Below are positions 1 to 14,118 of a DNA stretch of 64,000 bases, one piece after another. The stretch is from the human T2T-CHM13v2.0 reference genome, Homo sapiens. Both the position numbers and the translations under genes were made by a program. The stretch lies in assembly GCF_009914755.1 (NCBI RefSeq), contig NC_060934.1; one strand, 5' to 3'. The notes under the pieces were generated by a model, which was given only the letters and a program-made list of their open reading frames with translations, was not told where the DNA came from and did not search any database. Positions within the stretch are counted from its first letter, which is position 1; each line of letters begins with the position of its first letter.

Positions 1-252
<252 letters not shown>

Positions 253-763
253 AGCATCCATTTGAATGGTTGGATCATGAGTTATGTCCATTTCTCAGTT
301 AAATAAATATTACCAAGCTGTCTTCTAAAACTGCCTAACCAAAATTATACTCTCACCAAAAGATAAGCACTCCTATGTCCTCACATTCTTGCATTATTTT
401 AAAAACCTTGGCCAATCTGATGAACATATTATTTTTAATATAATAATGTCAGCAGTTTGTTATTCCCTACATACAGACTCATTATCACCAGCTGCCCAGA
501 GTGGCTGACCCCTGTGAAATGCAGCCAGTTGACTGGTACTTATAGCTTTAGTTTTATTTCTACAGGAATAGAGCCTCAACCTGCATTCTCAGCTCTTCAG
601 AGCATTTCCTTGCTTGGGTAACTCATGTCATTGGGTTCTTCCACTCTGCTGCAGTCATGTATTTTTGCTCATTCTAGACATAGACATTTGTTTTCTCTTG
701 ATGGATACTCTTGCTCATTCATTCAATAACTTCTTTTTTGAGCACTTATAATATGTCAGAGAC

Positions 764-1136
<373 letters not shown>

Positions 1137-1534
1137 TCAAAGCTAGTAAGTGATAGAAGTGAGACTAAATCGAATTTAAGTCATACTCCAAAACACCCAT
1201 GATCCACTGCCAACACTGTGAGATGCTGAACCACTCACATTGATAGGATATCCCTTAAAATGATCTCTTTATTACATACTTTTAAGTAACTATAGTTTTG
1301 ATAGAATATTTAGATTTTTAATTTTACTTTTAAAATAATGGATAATAATTTATATCTCAGAACCAGCAAATTTGAAAAGAAAAAACTAATTTTAAACATA
1401 GAAAGTGAAAAATTAGTATTAAATTCCAATACCAATGGAACAGTTCACTCAATTAGCTGACAGCATTAAATATTAAAACACTATTAAGTGTTTTGTTATT
1501 TATAATTTTTTAAAAATTACTTAATTTTTAAAAT

Positions 1535-1753
1535 GTTGTGTTGTTTTGTTTTTTGAGGCAGGGTCACACTCCTGTCACCCAGGCTGGAGTGCAGTCGCAT
1601 GATCGTGGTTCACTGCAACCTCTATTTCCTGGGCTCAGGTGATCCTCGTGCCTCAGCCTCCCAAGTAGCTGGAACTACAAGTGCATGCCATCATGCCCAG
1701 CTGATTTTTTGTATTTTTAGTAGCGATGAGGTTTTGCCATGTTGCCCAGGCTG
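1535..1753 (-). mobile_element. Truncated AluJ-like element
   Basis: Right arm + part of the left arm. Confidence 0.85.
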
Positions 1754-1754
1754 T

Positions 1755-2036
1755 CAGCAGGAGTCCTCAGTTCCTCACCATGTGGTCTCCTCCAGAGGGA
1801 TGCTTGGGTGCCCTCATGTCATGGCAGCTGGCTTCCCCCAAAGCAAGTGATCCAACAGAGAGCAAGGAGTGACAGCGTCTTTTGTGACCTAGTCTCAGAA
1901 GCCGTACACCATCACTTCTGCGGCATCCTGGAGGTTACACAGGTTGGGTTTATTCATTGTGGGAGGGAAACATACAAGGTGATGAATACCAAGAGGCAAG
2001 GATCACTGGAGCCATCTTAGGAGGCTGGTGACCACA
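1755..2036 (-). mobile_element. MLT1-family MaLR LTR fragment
   Basis: catggcagctggcttcccccaaagcaagtgatcca...gacctagtctcagaag...catcacttctgc motifs. Confidence 0.65.
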
Positions 2037-2681
2037 CATGGGACATGGATTGAATATGGAAAAGTTCATGGGAAATGGTCTTCTGTCTGGTTCAAATGCT
2101 GATTTGGCCACTTAACAAATTTTCCCAAGATTAAGAGCCGTTAAGTTTGTAAAATGAGGATAGCCATTCTTTATTCTCAGGATATTTCATAAGGTAAAAT
2201 AAGATAGTAAATGTAAAGCACCCAACATAGGACCTCACACATGTTTGGAATTTAACAAATAGCATCTATTTGTGATGATTATTCTTTTAAATTTAGCTTA
2301 AGACCAGCCTTCATAAATACACCTGGCAGAATCAATTTACTATATTAAGTAATCATTTACTATATTAAGTTGATCCTGAATTGTTTATTATCTAAAAGTC
2401 CAGATAATTTTGCTGAATTAATGGTACCTACGGTATTTAAACTACCTATATCAGTGCAGTTGCAGGATTTGTGTTGTTTAAAGCACACACACAAACACAG
2501 CTTGTATCTGCTATCGGAATGTACCTGGAAAGTCATGGTCATTATACTGTTTTCTAGCAGGATTGTGCATCTGTGATTCACAAGGGCTATTGAAGGATAC
2601 AGCACTACCTCCTCATCGCATAAACACTGTAAGAATCTGCATTCATCTAGGTACTAACTTCTGTATCTTTTTTTCCTCTAA

Positions 2682-2816
<135 letters not shown>

Positions 2817-3124
2817 TAAGGAAAAGAGAGAGGAGGACCCAGAGCTCACATCAGCATGGCCGTAGAAGAGGTGCCTGTCCAAAGACGTTCCTGATTTGAA
2901 CTATAAGAATAGCTGTGTTCGCGCCACTGCACTCCTGCCTAGGTGACAGAGCGAGTCCCCTGTCTGAAAAATAAATAATAATAATAATAATTGCTTCACT
3001 TACACTTCATGTGATCATGTTCCCAACACTTAGTTTGTCTTACAGGAAAGCTTGACAGAGACTTGTGGGAGCTTGATCAAGCTCCTTGCTTTTAGATAAG
3101 CAAGGATTTTGATTTGATTTTAAA

Positions 3125-3293
3125 ATGTTGTGTTGTTTTGTTTTGTTTTTTGAGGCAGGGTCTCACTCCTGTCACCCAGGCTGGAGTGCAGTGGCATGAT
3201 CATGGTTCACTGCAGCCTCAACTTCCTGAGCTCAGGTGATCCTCGTGCCTCAGCCTCCCGAGTAGCTGGAACTACAAGTGCATGCCACCATGC
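3125..3293 (-). mobile_element. AluJ-like right arm, near-copy of 1535-1696
   Basis: Shares private variants and flank with the 1535 copy. Confidence 0.85.
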
Positions 3294-4084
3294 ACTTGTA
3301 ACAATAATGTTACGTGTCCCAATGACCTATCTTGCCATCGTCACGGATGAAATATTCGTAGCACTTTAAATTCCTGAATATTCTTTAAAAAATACTAACA
3401 AAAATTACTTCTGACTTTTAGAAATTTATTTTGAGAAAGTTTTAAAACACAGCAAAATTCAGAGAATAAAATAACAGACTCTACTATGTACTCCTTCCTG
3501 CATTGACAACTGCTTTTATTTGCTTCAAGTATTTTTTTTTTATTAAAGGAAAAAGGGAGTTGTAGTTAGAATCAAAGTCTCCTTTGTTCCCCATCCATCA
3601 TTATATTCCTTTCTTCTTTACCTTGTGCTGTTAGGAATTTGGTGGGTAGCTTCCCCATCTATTTTATACTTTTACATATCACATACACACTTACCTATAT
3701 CATATCTCAAAACCAGATAATATTGATTTCTCTGTGTTTAAGTTACAAAATGATCACTGTAGGTATTGTTCTGCAGCTTACTTTACATAATATTATGATT
3801 TTGAGCTCTCTTGATATGTGCGGATGTAATTTATTATACTTCATTGCTGTATTTTGATTTATAAATATGCCACTTCTTTCTAATCTGTTTCCTACTGATG
3901 ACAGTTTGGTTATTTCCTGATTTTTTTTAACTGTAATTATTTACTTTCACTAGTCTCCTAGTGCCAATAGTATTTAAAACTAAAATTAGTCTGGTTTTTA
4001 TGAACCTTGGCAGTGTAGTTTGAGTCTTTTTTCCCCTACTTCTGTGGACTGTCTGCTCAGTGTTGTCATGTTTCGGGGTTGTAG

Positions 4085-4243
<159 letters not shown>

Positions 4244-4419
4244 TGAAAAAGATGCTTGAAGAAAAATTCCACTTCATTCTCTACAATGGATTCCAAATCC
4301 AGGCACCAAAAATATAGCACCCGTCAGTCTCATTACCACAGCACTCCCATCTCCATCCATTACCCACCGAATCCAGACCAGACCCTTCACCCTGCCAGAA
4401 GGTGCCTGGCACGGCCACA

Positions 4420-4726
4420 CTTTTTCTTTTTTTTCTTTTTTTTTGAGACAGAATTTCGCTGTGTCGTCCAGGCTGGAGTGCAGTGGCGAGATCTCGGCTC
4501 ACTGCAACCTCCACTTCCTGTGTTCAAACGGTTCTCCTTCCACAGCCTCCCGAGTGGCTGGAATTACAGGCGTGCACCGCCACACCCAGCTAATTTTTGT
4601 ATTTTTAATAGAGATGGGGTTTCACCGTGTTGGCCAGGCTGGTCTCGAACTCCTGACCTCAACTGACCTGCCTGTCTCGGTCTCCCAAAGTACCGGGATT
4701 ACAGGCGCAAGCCACTGTACCCGGCC
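4420..4726 (-). mobile_element. AluS
   Basis: Full dimer; TSD ac(g/a)gccacactttt. Confidence 0.9.
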
Positions 4727-5030
4727 TACAGCCACACTTTTAAACCGTGTCTCCCTCTGTTCTCTTACAGACATTAGCCAGACTGAATCATCCCCTTGAA
4801 CTTGTCCTAAGCTTGTATTTGCTTGTATTATGCCCTTCACAGAGACGCCCTTTTCTTATGCATATTCCTGTCTTCCTCCAGTCTCTTTCCAGTGACCTCT
4901 TACCCCATCTTTAAAATCTATTTCAAACTCCATCTCCATGAACTGTTTCCATTTTGAACTTCCAAAGTACTTTATTCCTCTATGTTGGTACCTGTCTGCT
5001 ATTTTATAGGTGTTTGTGTGTTCTAGGTAG

Positions 5031-5430
<400 letters not shown>

Positions 5431-6540
5431 GGAGAGGTCTCCTAGAACAGAATGTACCTTCTCAGAAGCAGAGGCAATGGTCTCATTTATTCAGCAGATA
5501 CTTTTGAGTCCTCCAGGATGTGCAAGAGGTACTGCTTATGCTGGGAGTCAGAGAGCAAAGGCAGCCCCGGATGCTGACCCCTCTTCTCTGGCAATGGGGT
5601 GATTAGAAAGCTCCCTGCTTTGGAAACCATGCTTTATGATCAATACATACCTCTTCAGAAATGCTTCTTAAGGCTGCTGAACACAATCTCAAATATTCAT
5701 ACATGTTACTACATCCAAGTAATGTACTTAGAAGCAAATAAAGGTTGCCTCCAAAAACAAACATTTTGAGAGCCAAACCAAAGTCTAGGCTGAGTCCAAA
5801 AAACCAAGACGGTTTGCATTGGTCCAGAAAGGTCAGAACAGAGAGATGCCCGGGAGCCAGAAATAATTTCTTGCATCCATCACAGTTTGTATGGATCCAG
5901 GACCTAGCTAGGGTCAGGGCTTATTTCGAACATGCTCTGATTGAGGCTTGAACCTCAGTACTACTCCAAAACTGGGGGAAATGATAGGGTGCATTCTTCC
6001 ATCATTCCTCCTTGTTAACTTTATGTAGATAACTCCTGTTCATTCTCAAGGCCCCTCTCAAGTTAATTGGTCGCATCTAGGAGGCCTTTCTGCACCAAGA
6101 TCTAAACTAGGGGCCCTTCCCTTTCTCCCATGGACACCCTTGCACCTAACACTCACCTGGCCTAACACTCGTGCCTAACACTTTTGCCACGCCACTGCTG
6201 CCACATCTCTCACCTGGCTTCTCCACCACGTCTGTCTCCCGGCACACAGCAGTGTCTTTATACATCCCAGAGGATTCAAAAGTGTCTGCTGAACAAATGA
6301 GATGATTGCCTCTGCTTCTGGGAAGGTACACTCTGTTCTAGGAGACCTCTCCTGGGCTCTGTGGATTTCTTTCTCCACATTCCCTTCCTCTTTTGCTTAT
6401 ATCCTCATTCATCCCTTTTCTTCTCGCAGATATCCTAGTATTTACTAGAACATGCATTGTCCTGTACCTAGAACTGAAACCATGTATTTTCGCATACCTT
6501 GAAACTGGGATACAGTTTAAATCCTAAAAGAATGCACCAA

Positions 6541-7150
6541 TGCACCTGTAATCCCAGTACATGGGAGGCTGAGATGGAAGGATCAGTTGAGACCAGGAGT
6601 TCAGAACCAGCCTGGGCAACATAGTGAGATCCCATCCCTACAAAAATTTTAAAAACTAGCCAGGTGTGGTGGCACGTGCCTGTAGTCGCAGCTATTCAGG
6701 AGGCCGAGGCAGGAGGGTCACTGGATCCCAGGAGTTAGAGGCTGCAGTGAGCTATGATTGTGCCACTGCACTCTAGCCTGGGAGAAAGAGCGAGACTCCA
6801 TCTGTCAAAAAAAAAAAGAAAAGAAAAGAAAAAAATCCTAAAACAGGCCAGGCGCAGTGGCTCATGCCAGTAATCCTAGCACTTTGGGAGGCCAAGGTGG
6901 GCAGATCATGAGGTCAGGAGTTCGAGACCAGTCTGGCCAACATGGCAAAACCACATCTCTACTAAAAATACAAAAATTAGCTGGGCGTGGTGGCGCGCAC
7001 CTGTGATCCCAGCTACTCAGGAGGCCAAAGCAGGAGGATCACTTGAACCTGGGAGGCGGAGGTTGCAGTGAGCCAAGATCGTGCCACTGCCCTCCAGCCT
7101 GGGTGACAGCGAGACTCCGTCTCAAAAAAAAAAAAAAAAAAAAAAAAAAA
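6541..7150 (+). mobile_element. Tandem AluJ (6541-6835) and AluS (6846-7150)
   Basis: Two dimers; the second has TSD aaaaatcctaaaa. Confidence 0.9.
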
Positions 7151-7223
7151 TCCTAAAATAATAGGGAAGCAGGTATCACTTGGAGAGATTTTTCTCTATG
7201 TGCATCGTGATGACTTCAGTTAA

Positions 7224-7487
<264 letters not shown>

Positions 7488-7618
7488 GTGTTGATGTATC
7501 ACCTCCCCAAAACTGTTGGTAAATGTCAGATTTTTTCCTCCAAGAGTTGTGCTTTTGTGTTATTTGTTTTCACTCAAATATTTTGCCTCATTATTCTTGT
7601 TTTAAAAGAAAGAAAACA

Positions 7619-7991
<373 letters not shown>

Positions 7992-8905
7992 TCAACTCGC
8001 AAAGTAGAATCCTTACCTACTACTCTTCTGATAATAATTTTAATATTTTTTATGTTTGGTTGATGCGAGCAGCTGCACTGCTCATGCAGTTAGCTAGCAT
8101 GTGACATCATGTGACAAAGTTCATGTAATTAGATGGAAGAAACCTCACTGATTAATTTTAAGAACCTTTTAGGGATGCAGGAACAATGAAGTGGCCACAG
8201 TATGTGCTGTTTTTGAAGCATTTTTAAAAACGAATTGTAGTTGTTTTTCTTCATTTAAAATGGATCTGTTGGAGGTTATGTGTGTATGTTGTAGTTTTAT
8301 TGCAGCCACAATAATTTTACCAAAGTTTTCACATAGGCAGTTAGCCTTTACTTAATATCAAGACAAGTGAAAAAATATTGGCATCGATGAAACCGATAAC
8401 ATTGGCCTCATTGGATTTCTTTACCCATTCACAGTGTAAAGAAGTTACCTTCATGCTTTCATTGTACCTGCAGGCCTGTGGGCTTGTACAGTAGATAATT
8501 AATTTCTAAAAAGAACAGCTGCCTATTTTCTTCCTAGGTTAGGTTATATCTTCATAATCACAAGAATTAGTGATGGCAAAATAAAATTTTGCTTATGAAT
8601 CTTTTACATTGTTTATATATGATTAATATCATCATATATATTTTCTGTATTAAGCTCATTTGGCTTCATTTAAGCTGTATACTTAGTCATATATCTTTCA
8701 TTAGTTCTATGGATATGAGCAGATCCCTTTACTGGAGCCCAGTATGTGCTGTGTGAGTTAGAAGTCATTCTTGCTGAGAAGGTGAATAGGTAGGGATTTG
8801 CCTTGTTTTGTAAGTCTACAATTTGCCAAGAGTAAATAACACTGGACCAGCTGTAAAAGTAAACAGTGTGTTTATGCATTGAGATACTAAAGCATTTAAG
8901 AAAAA

Positions 8906-8911
8906 ATTAAA
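8906..8911 (+). terminator. OPTN: Likely distal OPTN polyadenylation signal (ATTAAA)
   Basis: ATTAAA followed by a T-rich downstream element (ttttgtttaaatttgtc). Confidence 0.6.
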
Positions 8912-9529
8912 AGATCTCTTTTGTTTAAATTTGTCTTAAGAATCTCTCCTAGACAAACTTGACTATACACACACACACTTCAATAAGAATCAAAATAGTT
9001 CATTATATCTTCATGCCAAGAGAACACATGATACAAATTCAACAGTAATTTCAATTAAACGAGTCCCCTACCACACCTCAGGGAGAATATTTGTTAAAGA
9101 CATTTCTAAAGTAACTCTGACATTTTTACTTTTCTTTGTTATGGTTTCTAATGTAAATTTTTTCCCTTATCATCTTATACTGGAGGAAATATATTTCTAT
9201 AGTCTCCTAAACAGAGAAGGAAACCAAATGGTTTCACATTTAAAGTTATTGGACATAATCCTTTTACTTTGTTCAAGTAAAAATATTCAGCAAAGCCAGA
9301 CTGAAATAATAACATGAATGGGCTTATTAAGCTTGTGACCAAATCGTTTGTTTAATAGTTGGAAGAATTACAAATGAAGGCCATTTCACGTAGTCAGTTT
9401 AAATTAAGGCTGTTGTTTCCAGCTTGGTAAATAGCTTATAAACTCTGTGCACATCTTACCTCATTTATTTATTCTAATATCCCTTCAAAGGCTCTGTTCC
9501 ATGTGACCAGTTAACTATACCTCCTAGGA

Positions 9530-9815
9530 ATTTTGTGTCTGTAAAAATACATAGTTGAAGATTGCACTCTTAACAGGTTTACGACTATCCTGGATAGTAT
9601 TGTTAACTGTGTGCACATTGTTGTAGAGCAGATCTCTAGAACTTTTTCATCCTGCATGAATGAAACTCTACACCCATTCAACTGCAGCCCCCATTCTCCC
9701 CTCCCCAGTCCCCGGCAACCACCACTCTCCTTTCTGCTTCTGAGTTTCACATACCTCCTATAAGTGGGATTACATAGTATTTTTCCTTCTGTAACTGGCT
9801 TATTTCATTTAACAT
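9530..9815 (-). mobile_element. L1MA/MB 3'-end fragment
   Basis: gcagatctctagaac...tgaaactctacacccatt...ggcaaccaccactct motifs. Confidence 0.7.
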
Positions 9816-10329
9816 ACCTCCCTCATTCAAACCATAACTTCCTGGATGAAGGTTTCAGGCAAAAGCACCTGGGAAACCAGGCCTTTGCTACTCATTTACC
9901 CCCCATTCCCCACCCCACCCCCCGCCCCAGTCCCGTGCCTCCACCTGCTGAGCACCGTTCCATTTGCCGATGCTCTCATGTTACCCTGGGAGACATAAGG
10001 TAGAAGAGCCATGGGGACTCTGCTCGAGGGTGGTATAAGGCATTTGAAACTAAGCCTCTTCATTAACCCAATCCATATCACAGAGAGGCAGCATGGGTGC
10101 CCCTAGCCCAATGGCCGGGCTATTTGCTACTGCAATAATAGGTTTCTTATAAACCGTCAGCCTCCTGAGTAGCTGGCACCACAGGGACACCACAGGCTAT
10201 TTTTTAAAAAAATTTATGTAGAAATGGATTCTCACTGTGTTTCTCAGGCTAGTCTCAAATTTCTAGGCTCAAGCAGTCCTCCCGCCTCAGCCTCCCAAAG
10301 TGCTAGGATTATTGGTGTGAGAGGAATCC

Positions 10330-12480
10330 CTTTCAACCCTTGAAAATAAATCAAGCGGTGATGAACTCCCTGAGCTTATATTTGCCTAGGAAGGTCTTTA
10401 TTTCTCTTTCATTTTTGAAGGACAGTTTGGCTGGACATAGTATGTCTTATTTGGCAGTTTGTCCCCTTCTGCACTGTGAATATATTATGTCAGTCCCTTC
10501 TGGCCATCTGGCAAGGTTTCTGCTATGAAATCCACTGTTTTATGAAGGATCTCTTGTTCATGACAAGTTGCTTTTTGATTTTAAAATGACTCAATGTGGA
10601 TGTCTTTGGGTTCATTCTAGTTGGAGTCCTTTGGAATTCTCGAATCTGGATGTCTATTTTCTACCCCAGATTTGGGAAATTTTGAGCCATTATTTTTTTT
10701 AAAGAAGCTTTCTGTCCCTTTTTGTATTTCTTCTTAAATTCCCATAGTGTTTATATTGGTCCACTTAATGGTGTCCCAGAAGTTCCTTAGACTTTCATCA
10801 TTTTAAAATTATTTTCCCTTTTTGATCCACTGACTGGATAATTTCAAATAACCTCTGAGTTCATTCTTTCTTCTGCTTTATCAAATCTGCTGTTGAACCC
10901 CTCTAATAAATTTTTCAATTTATTTTATTCTTCACTGCCAACATTTCTGTTTGGTTCTTTTTTATACTCTCTCTTTGTTGATATTCTCATTTTGTTCATA
11001 CATCGTTTTCCTGAGCTCACTGAACATCTTTTGAATTTTTTTTCAGGTAAGTCATATACCTCTAGTTCTTGGGGTCAGTCTCTAGAGATTTCATTTGCCT
11101 CTTTGGGCCATATTTTCATATGTTTCTTCATGTGTCTTGTGATTTTGTGTCGGGATCCATGTATTTGAAAAACAACTCTGTCTTCCAGTCTTTAAGGACT
11201 GGCTTCATACAGGGAAAGATCTTTTCCAATCATCTTGGCTAGAGATTCTGAGATCTCCCAGACCTCTTCCATAGATACATCCCCCCAGACCTGTGCATGC
11301 AAATGTTCAATTAGATTTGCTAGTCTCGTTTTTCACAATCTGTAGCCTCTTGTTCCTTCCAGTGTCTGCCTGCAGCCCTGCATATTCCCTGGAGCTGCCA
11401 CAAGCCATCCAGCACTCCTTATCTTATTCTCAGCAGCCTCTAGGTCTCTCTCTAGAGCATTCTGGGTTCTGTCAAAACTCTTTAAGTTGGGCGAGATAGA
11501 ACCAGTTCCCTGGGCAGCCCCTTAAAAGCCAGAACATTTGAAACACACTCCACTAGTCTCTTTCCCTCCACAAGGGAGAGGCTGGCTGAGCTGTATTAAC
11601 CTCTGTATGCTGCACCATGAGTCCTGGAGCAGTAGCAGGTCAGGTCACCCAGCTCTCTCTCTTTCCCAGTGTCCTCCAGGCATCTAGAGTATGCTGTGTT
11701 CCATCAGCACTCCAAGACAAAGCAGAAACGAGTCCCTCAGACAGCCTCCCAAAAGGGCAGAATGTTGGACACACTTTGCTCTTCTCTTTTCCCCTGTATA
11801 GGAGAGGCCGCCAAGATGTATTGGCCTCTGTTGGACTGCAGATCCTCTACAGCAGCAGCAAGCTGCCATGCTTTTGTTCTCAGTAGTCCCCAGGCATCTA
11901 TGGTATATCAAGCCTTTCAATGCTCAAGACAAGAGAAACAGTCCCCTGGGAAGCCCCCTGAAAAACTGGAAATTGGATTCAGGCTCCAACTCTCTCCCTC
12001 CCCAGGGAAAGGCAAGAGCCAGGTGTTTTCTCCCACTTGTTTCACACTGAGCTGGGGCAATGGGTATGGTGACAGAGTACATGCCAATCCCAGTCTCCTC
12101 TTTTGTTCTGAGTGGTCCCTAGACTGATACCCTTTTCAGTCAGTTCCTAAATTCAGGCAAGAGAGAAACTAATCCCTCAGGCAGCCCCCTGAAAAGTCTG
12201 CACATTGGGCATAGGTATTAGTCTTCTCTTTGCCTCCCCAGGGAGAGGTCAGGAGCTGGGAGCTTTCTCCTGATTGTGCCACACTGAGCCACAGGAGGTA
12301 CTATGGCAAGGGTATGCCACAGGTTCTCCTACATGGCTGGTTTCATGCCCATCTGGAGTGGAGGAGCCTGTTAACTATTTTCTTGACTTCTCACAAAGGG
12401 AATTCATCCATGTATTGTTGAACCAGTGCCTTCCCGGCGGGGAAGGAGGGCCTGGGGCTTCCTGTTCTGCCATCTCCCTT
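10330..12480 (-). mobile_element. Old L1M 5' portion (5'UTR with tandem monomers + ORF1-like region)
   Basis: T-rich reverse-ORF1-type sequence at 10330-11200; 5' terminus reads GGAGATGGCAGAA on the minus strand (YY1-like L1 start). Confidence 0.65.
11425..12300. repeat. Degenerate ~210-230 bp tandem monomer array (about 4 units)
   Basis: Anchor agaaac-agtccct-gg-cagccccc-aaaa recurs at ~11498, ~11724, ~11934 and ~12164. Confidence 0.75.
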
Positions 12481-12505
12481 TTGTAAATGCTGCCATGCTG
12501 TATAC

Positions 12506-13690
12506 TTTTTTTTTTTTAAAGGATAAACATTTCTGTTTAAAGGATAAACATTCAACGTTAACTGGAAATGAAAAGGAGACGATTTTTAGTCTGATACTTA
12601 TAATGCAATATTATTTGCAATTCTGTATAAATAGATTTCAGAAACTTCGATTTCAAATCCCAATTAAATTAAAGAGAGGAAAATTACTGAGAGGAACTGC
12701 AGTTCCAAATTTTTCCTTTCAGGGCAGTCAATAAAATTAGCTTTTTGTTTAACTAAAAGTAAGATTTCAACTATCTAACTATATCAGAAAAACAAAGTAC
12801 CTGTTTGTGATTTTGGGTAGTCAAGTCAAAATTCCTTGCAAATCATCCACATGCACCTTCATCTCTTTCCATTGCTTTTCTTTTTTGTCTCTTTTGCTAC
12901 ATCTATTGAAACTAGGCCAGGTGCGGTGGCTCACACCTGTAATCCCAGCACTTTGGGAGGCCGAGGTGGGTGGATCACCTGAGGTCAGGGGTTCAAGACC
13001 AGCCCAGCCAATATGGTGAAATCCCCGTCTCTACTAAAAATACAAAAATTAGCTGAGCGTGGTGGTGCACGCCTGTAATCCCAGCTATTCGGGAGGCTGA
13101 GGCAGGTGAATCGCTTGAACTCAGGAGACGGAGGTGCAGTGAACTGAGATCGTGCCACTGCACTCCAGCCTAGGTGACAGAGCAAAACTCTGTCTCAAAA
13201 AAAAGAAAAAGAAACTATAATTACTGAGGCCCACTCTAGTTGTGTCAATTCCTTTTCATTTGGCTTTCTGGATGAAGATAGGCTAGGAGCTGGAAGAGGT
13301 CTTATCTAATGTATTTCTGGTTTTGCTTGACCCTAAGACGTTTTTGCAAGGCAAGGAGATGCCACTGGTTCTGGCCTTGGTTCTACTTGCTGGTTGAAGC
13401 TTCTGTTCAGCTGTGTGACATATCTGCATTTGAGGAAGCTAAAGTGCTGAAATGTAATCCACTTCTTATTGGCATTCCTAAAAAGATGCATGAACTTGTG
13501 AGGGGATTCCTGCATGGCTCTTCTTCTGAGATACCAGACACATCCTCCCTACCCAACCTGTCAGGAGGTGTGAGGAGAGCATGTGAATGGATATGGCCAT
13601 AACACAAGAGACTGGCCACTCCTCAGATCCCCATGTCCCTCTCTCCTCACTGGCTGTTGGGTGCCACCATCTTCCTTCCCTACCCCCTGT
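12506..13690 (-). pseudogene. Processed pseudogene of COX10 (heme O synthase): 5'UTR + codons 1-~166, then intron-like tail and poly(A); split by an Alu
   Basis: ATG at 13600. Minus-strand pieces MAISIHMLSSHLLTG / [71 protein letters not shown]...RKPNEKEL / SIDVAKETK / [22 protein letters not shown] align colinearly with human COX10 (MAASPHTLSSRLLTG...[38 protein letters not shown]...[23 protein letters not shown]). No introns; stops and frameshifts; T12 at 12506-12517; degenerate TSD ccatgctgtatac (12493-12505) / ccatgtcgtacat (13691-13703). Confidence 0.9.
12915..13210 (+). mobile_element. AluSx inserted in the COX10 retrocopy
   Basis: TSD GAAACTA (12908-12914 / 13211-13217); removing it restores COX10 colinearity. 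Confidence 0.92.
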
Positions 13691-13789
13691 CCATGTCGTA
13701 CATATTCTTGAAGTCTTGTTAAATAGGAGCAATAGAAAGATTGGGAACTGGGAAATATGAATGAGCCAATGAAAATTTACCTGAGTTAC

Positions 13790-14118
13790 AGCCAGGCACA
13801 GAGGCTTATGCCTGTAATCCCAGCACTTTGGGAGGCGGAGGCAGGCGGATCACTTGAAGTCAGGTGTTTGAGTCGAGCCTGGCCAACATGGTGAAACCCT
13901 GTCTCTACTAAAAACACAAAAATTAGCCAGGTATGGTGGTGCACACTTGTAATCCCAGCTACTTGGGAGGCTGAGGTGGAAGGATCACTTGAACCCAGCT
14001 AGTGGAGGTTTCAGTGAGCTGAGAGCCAAGATTGCATCACTGCATTCCAGCCTAGACTGGAAGGCAGCAGACTCTGTCTCAAAAAAAAAAAAAAAAAAAA
14101 AAAAGAAAGAAAGAAAAA
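13790..14118 (+). mobile_element. AluS
   Basis: Full dimer with A tail. Confidence 0.9.

Noticed and set aside
11425-12300. CRISPR-like array
   Set aside because: Eukaryotic DNA; units are long, degenerate and homologous throughout, with no repeat-spacer structure.
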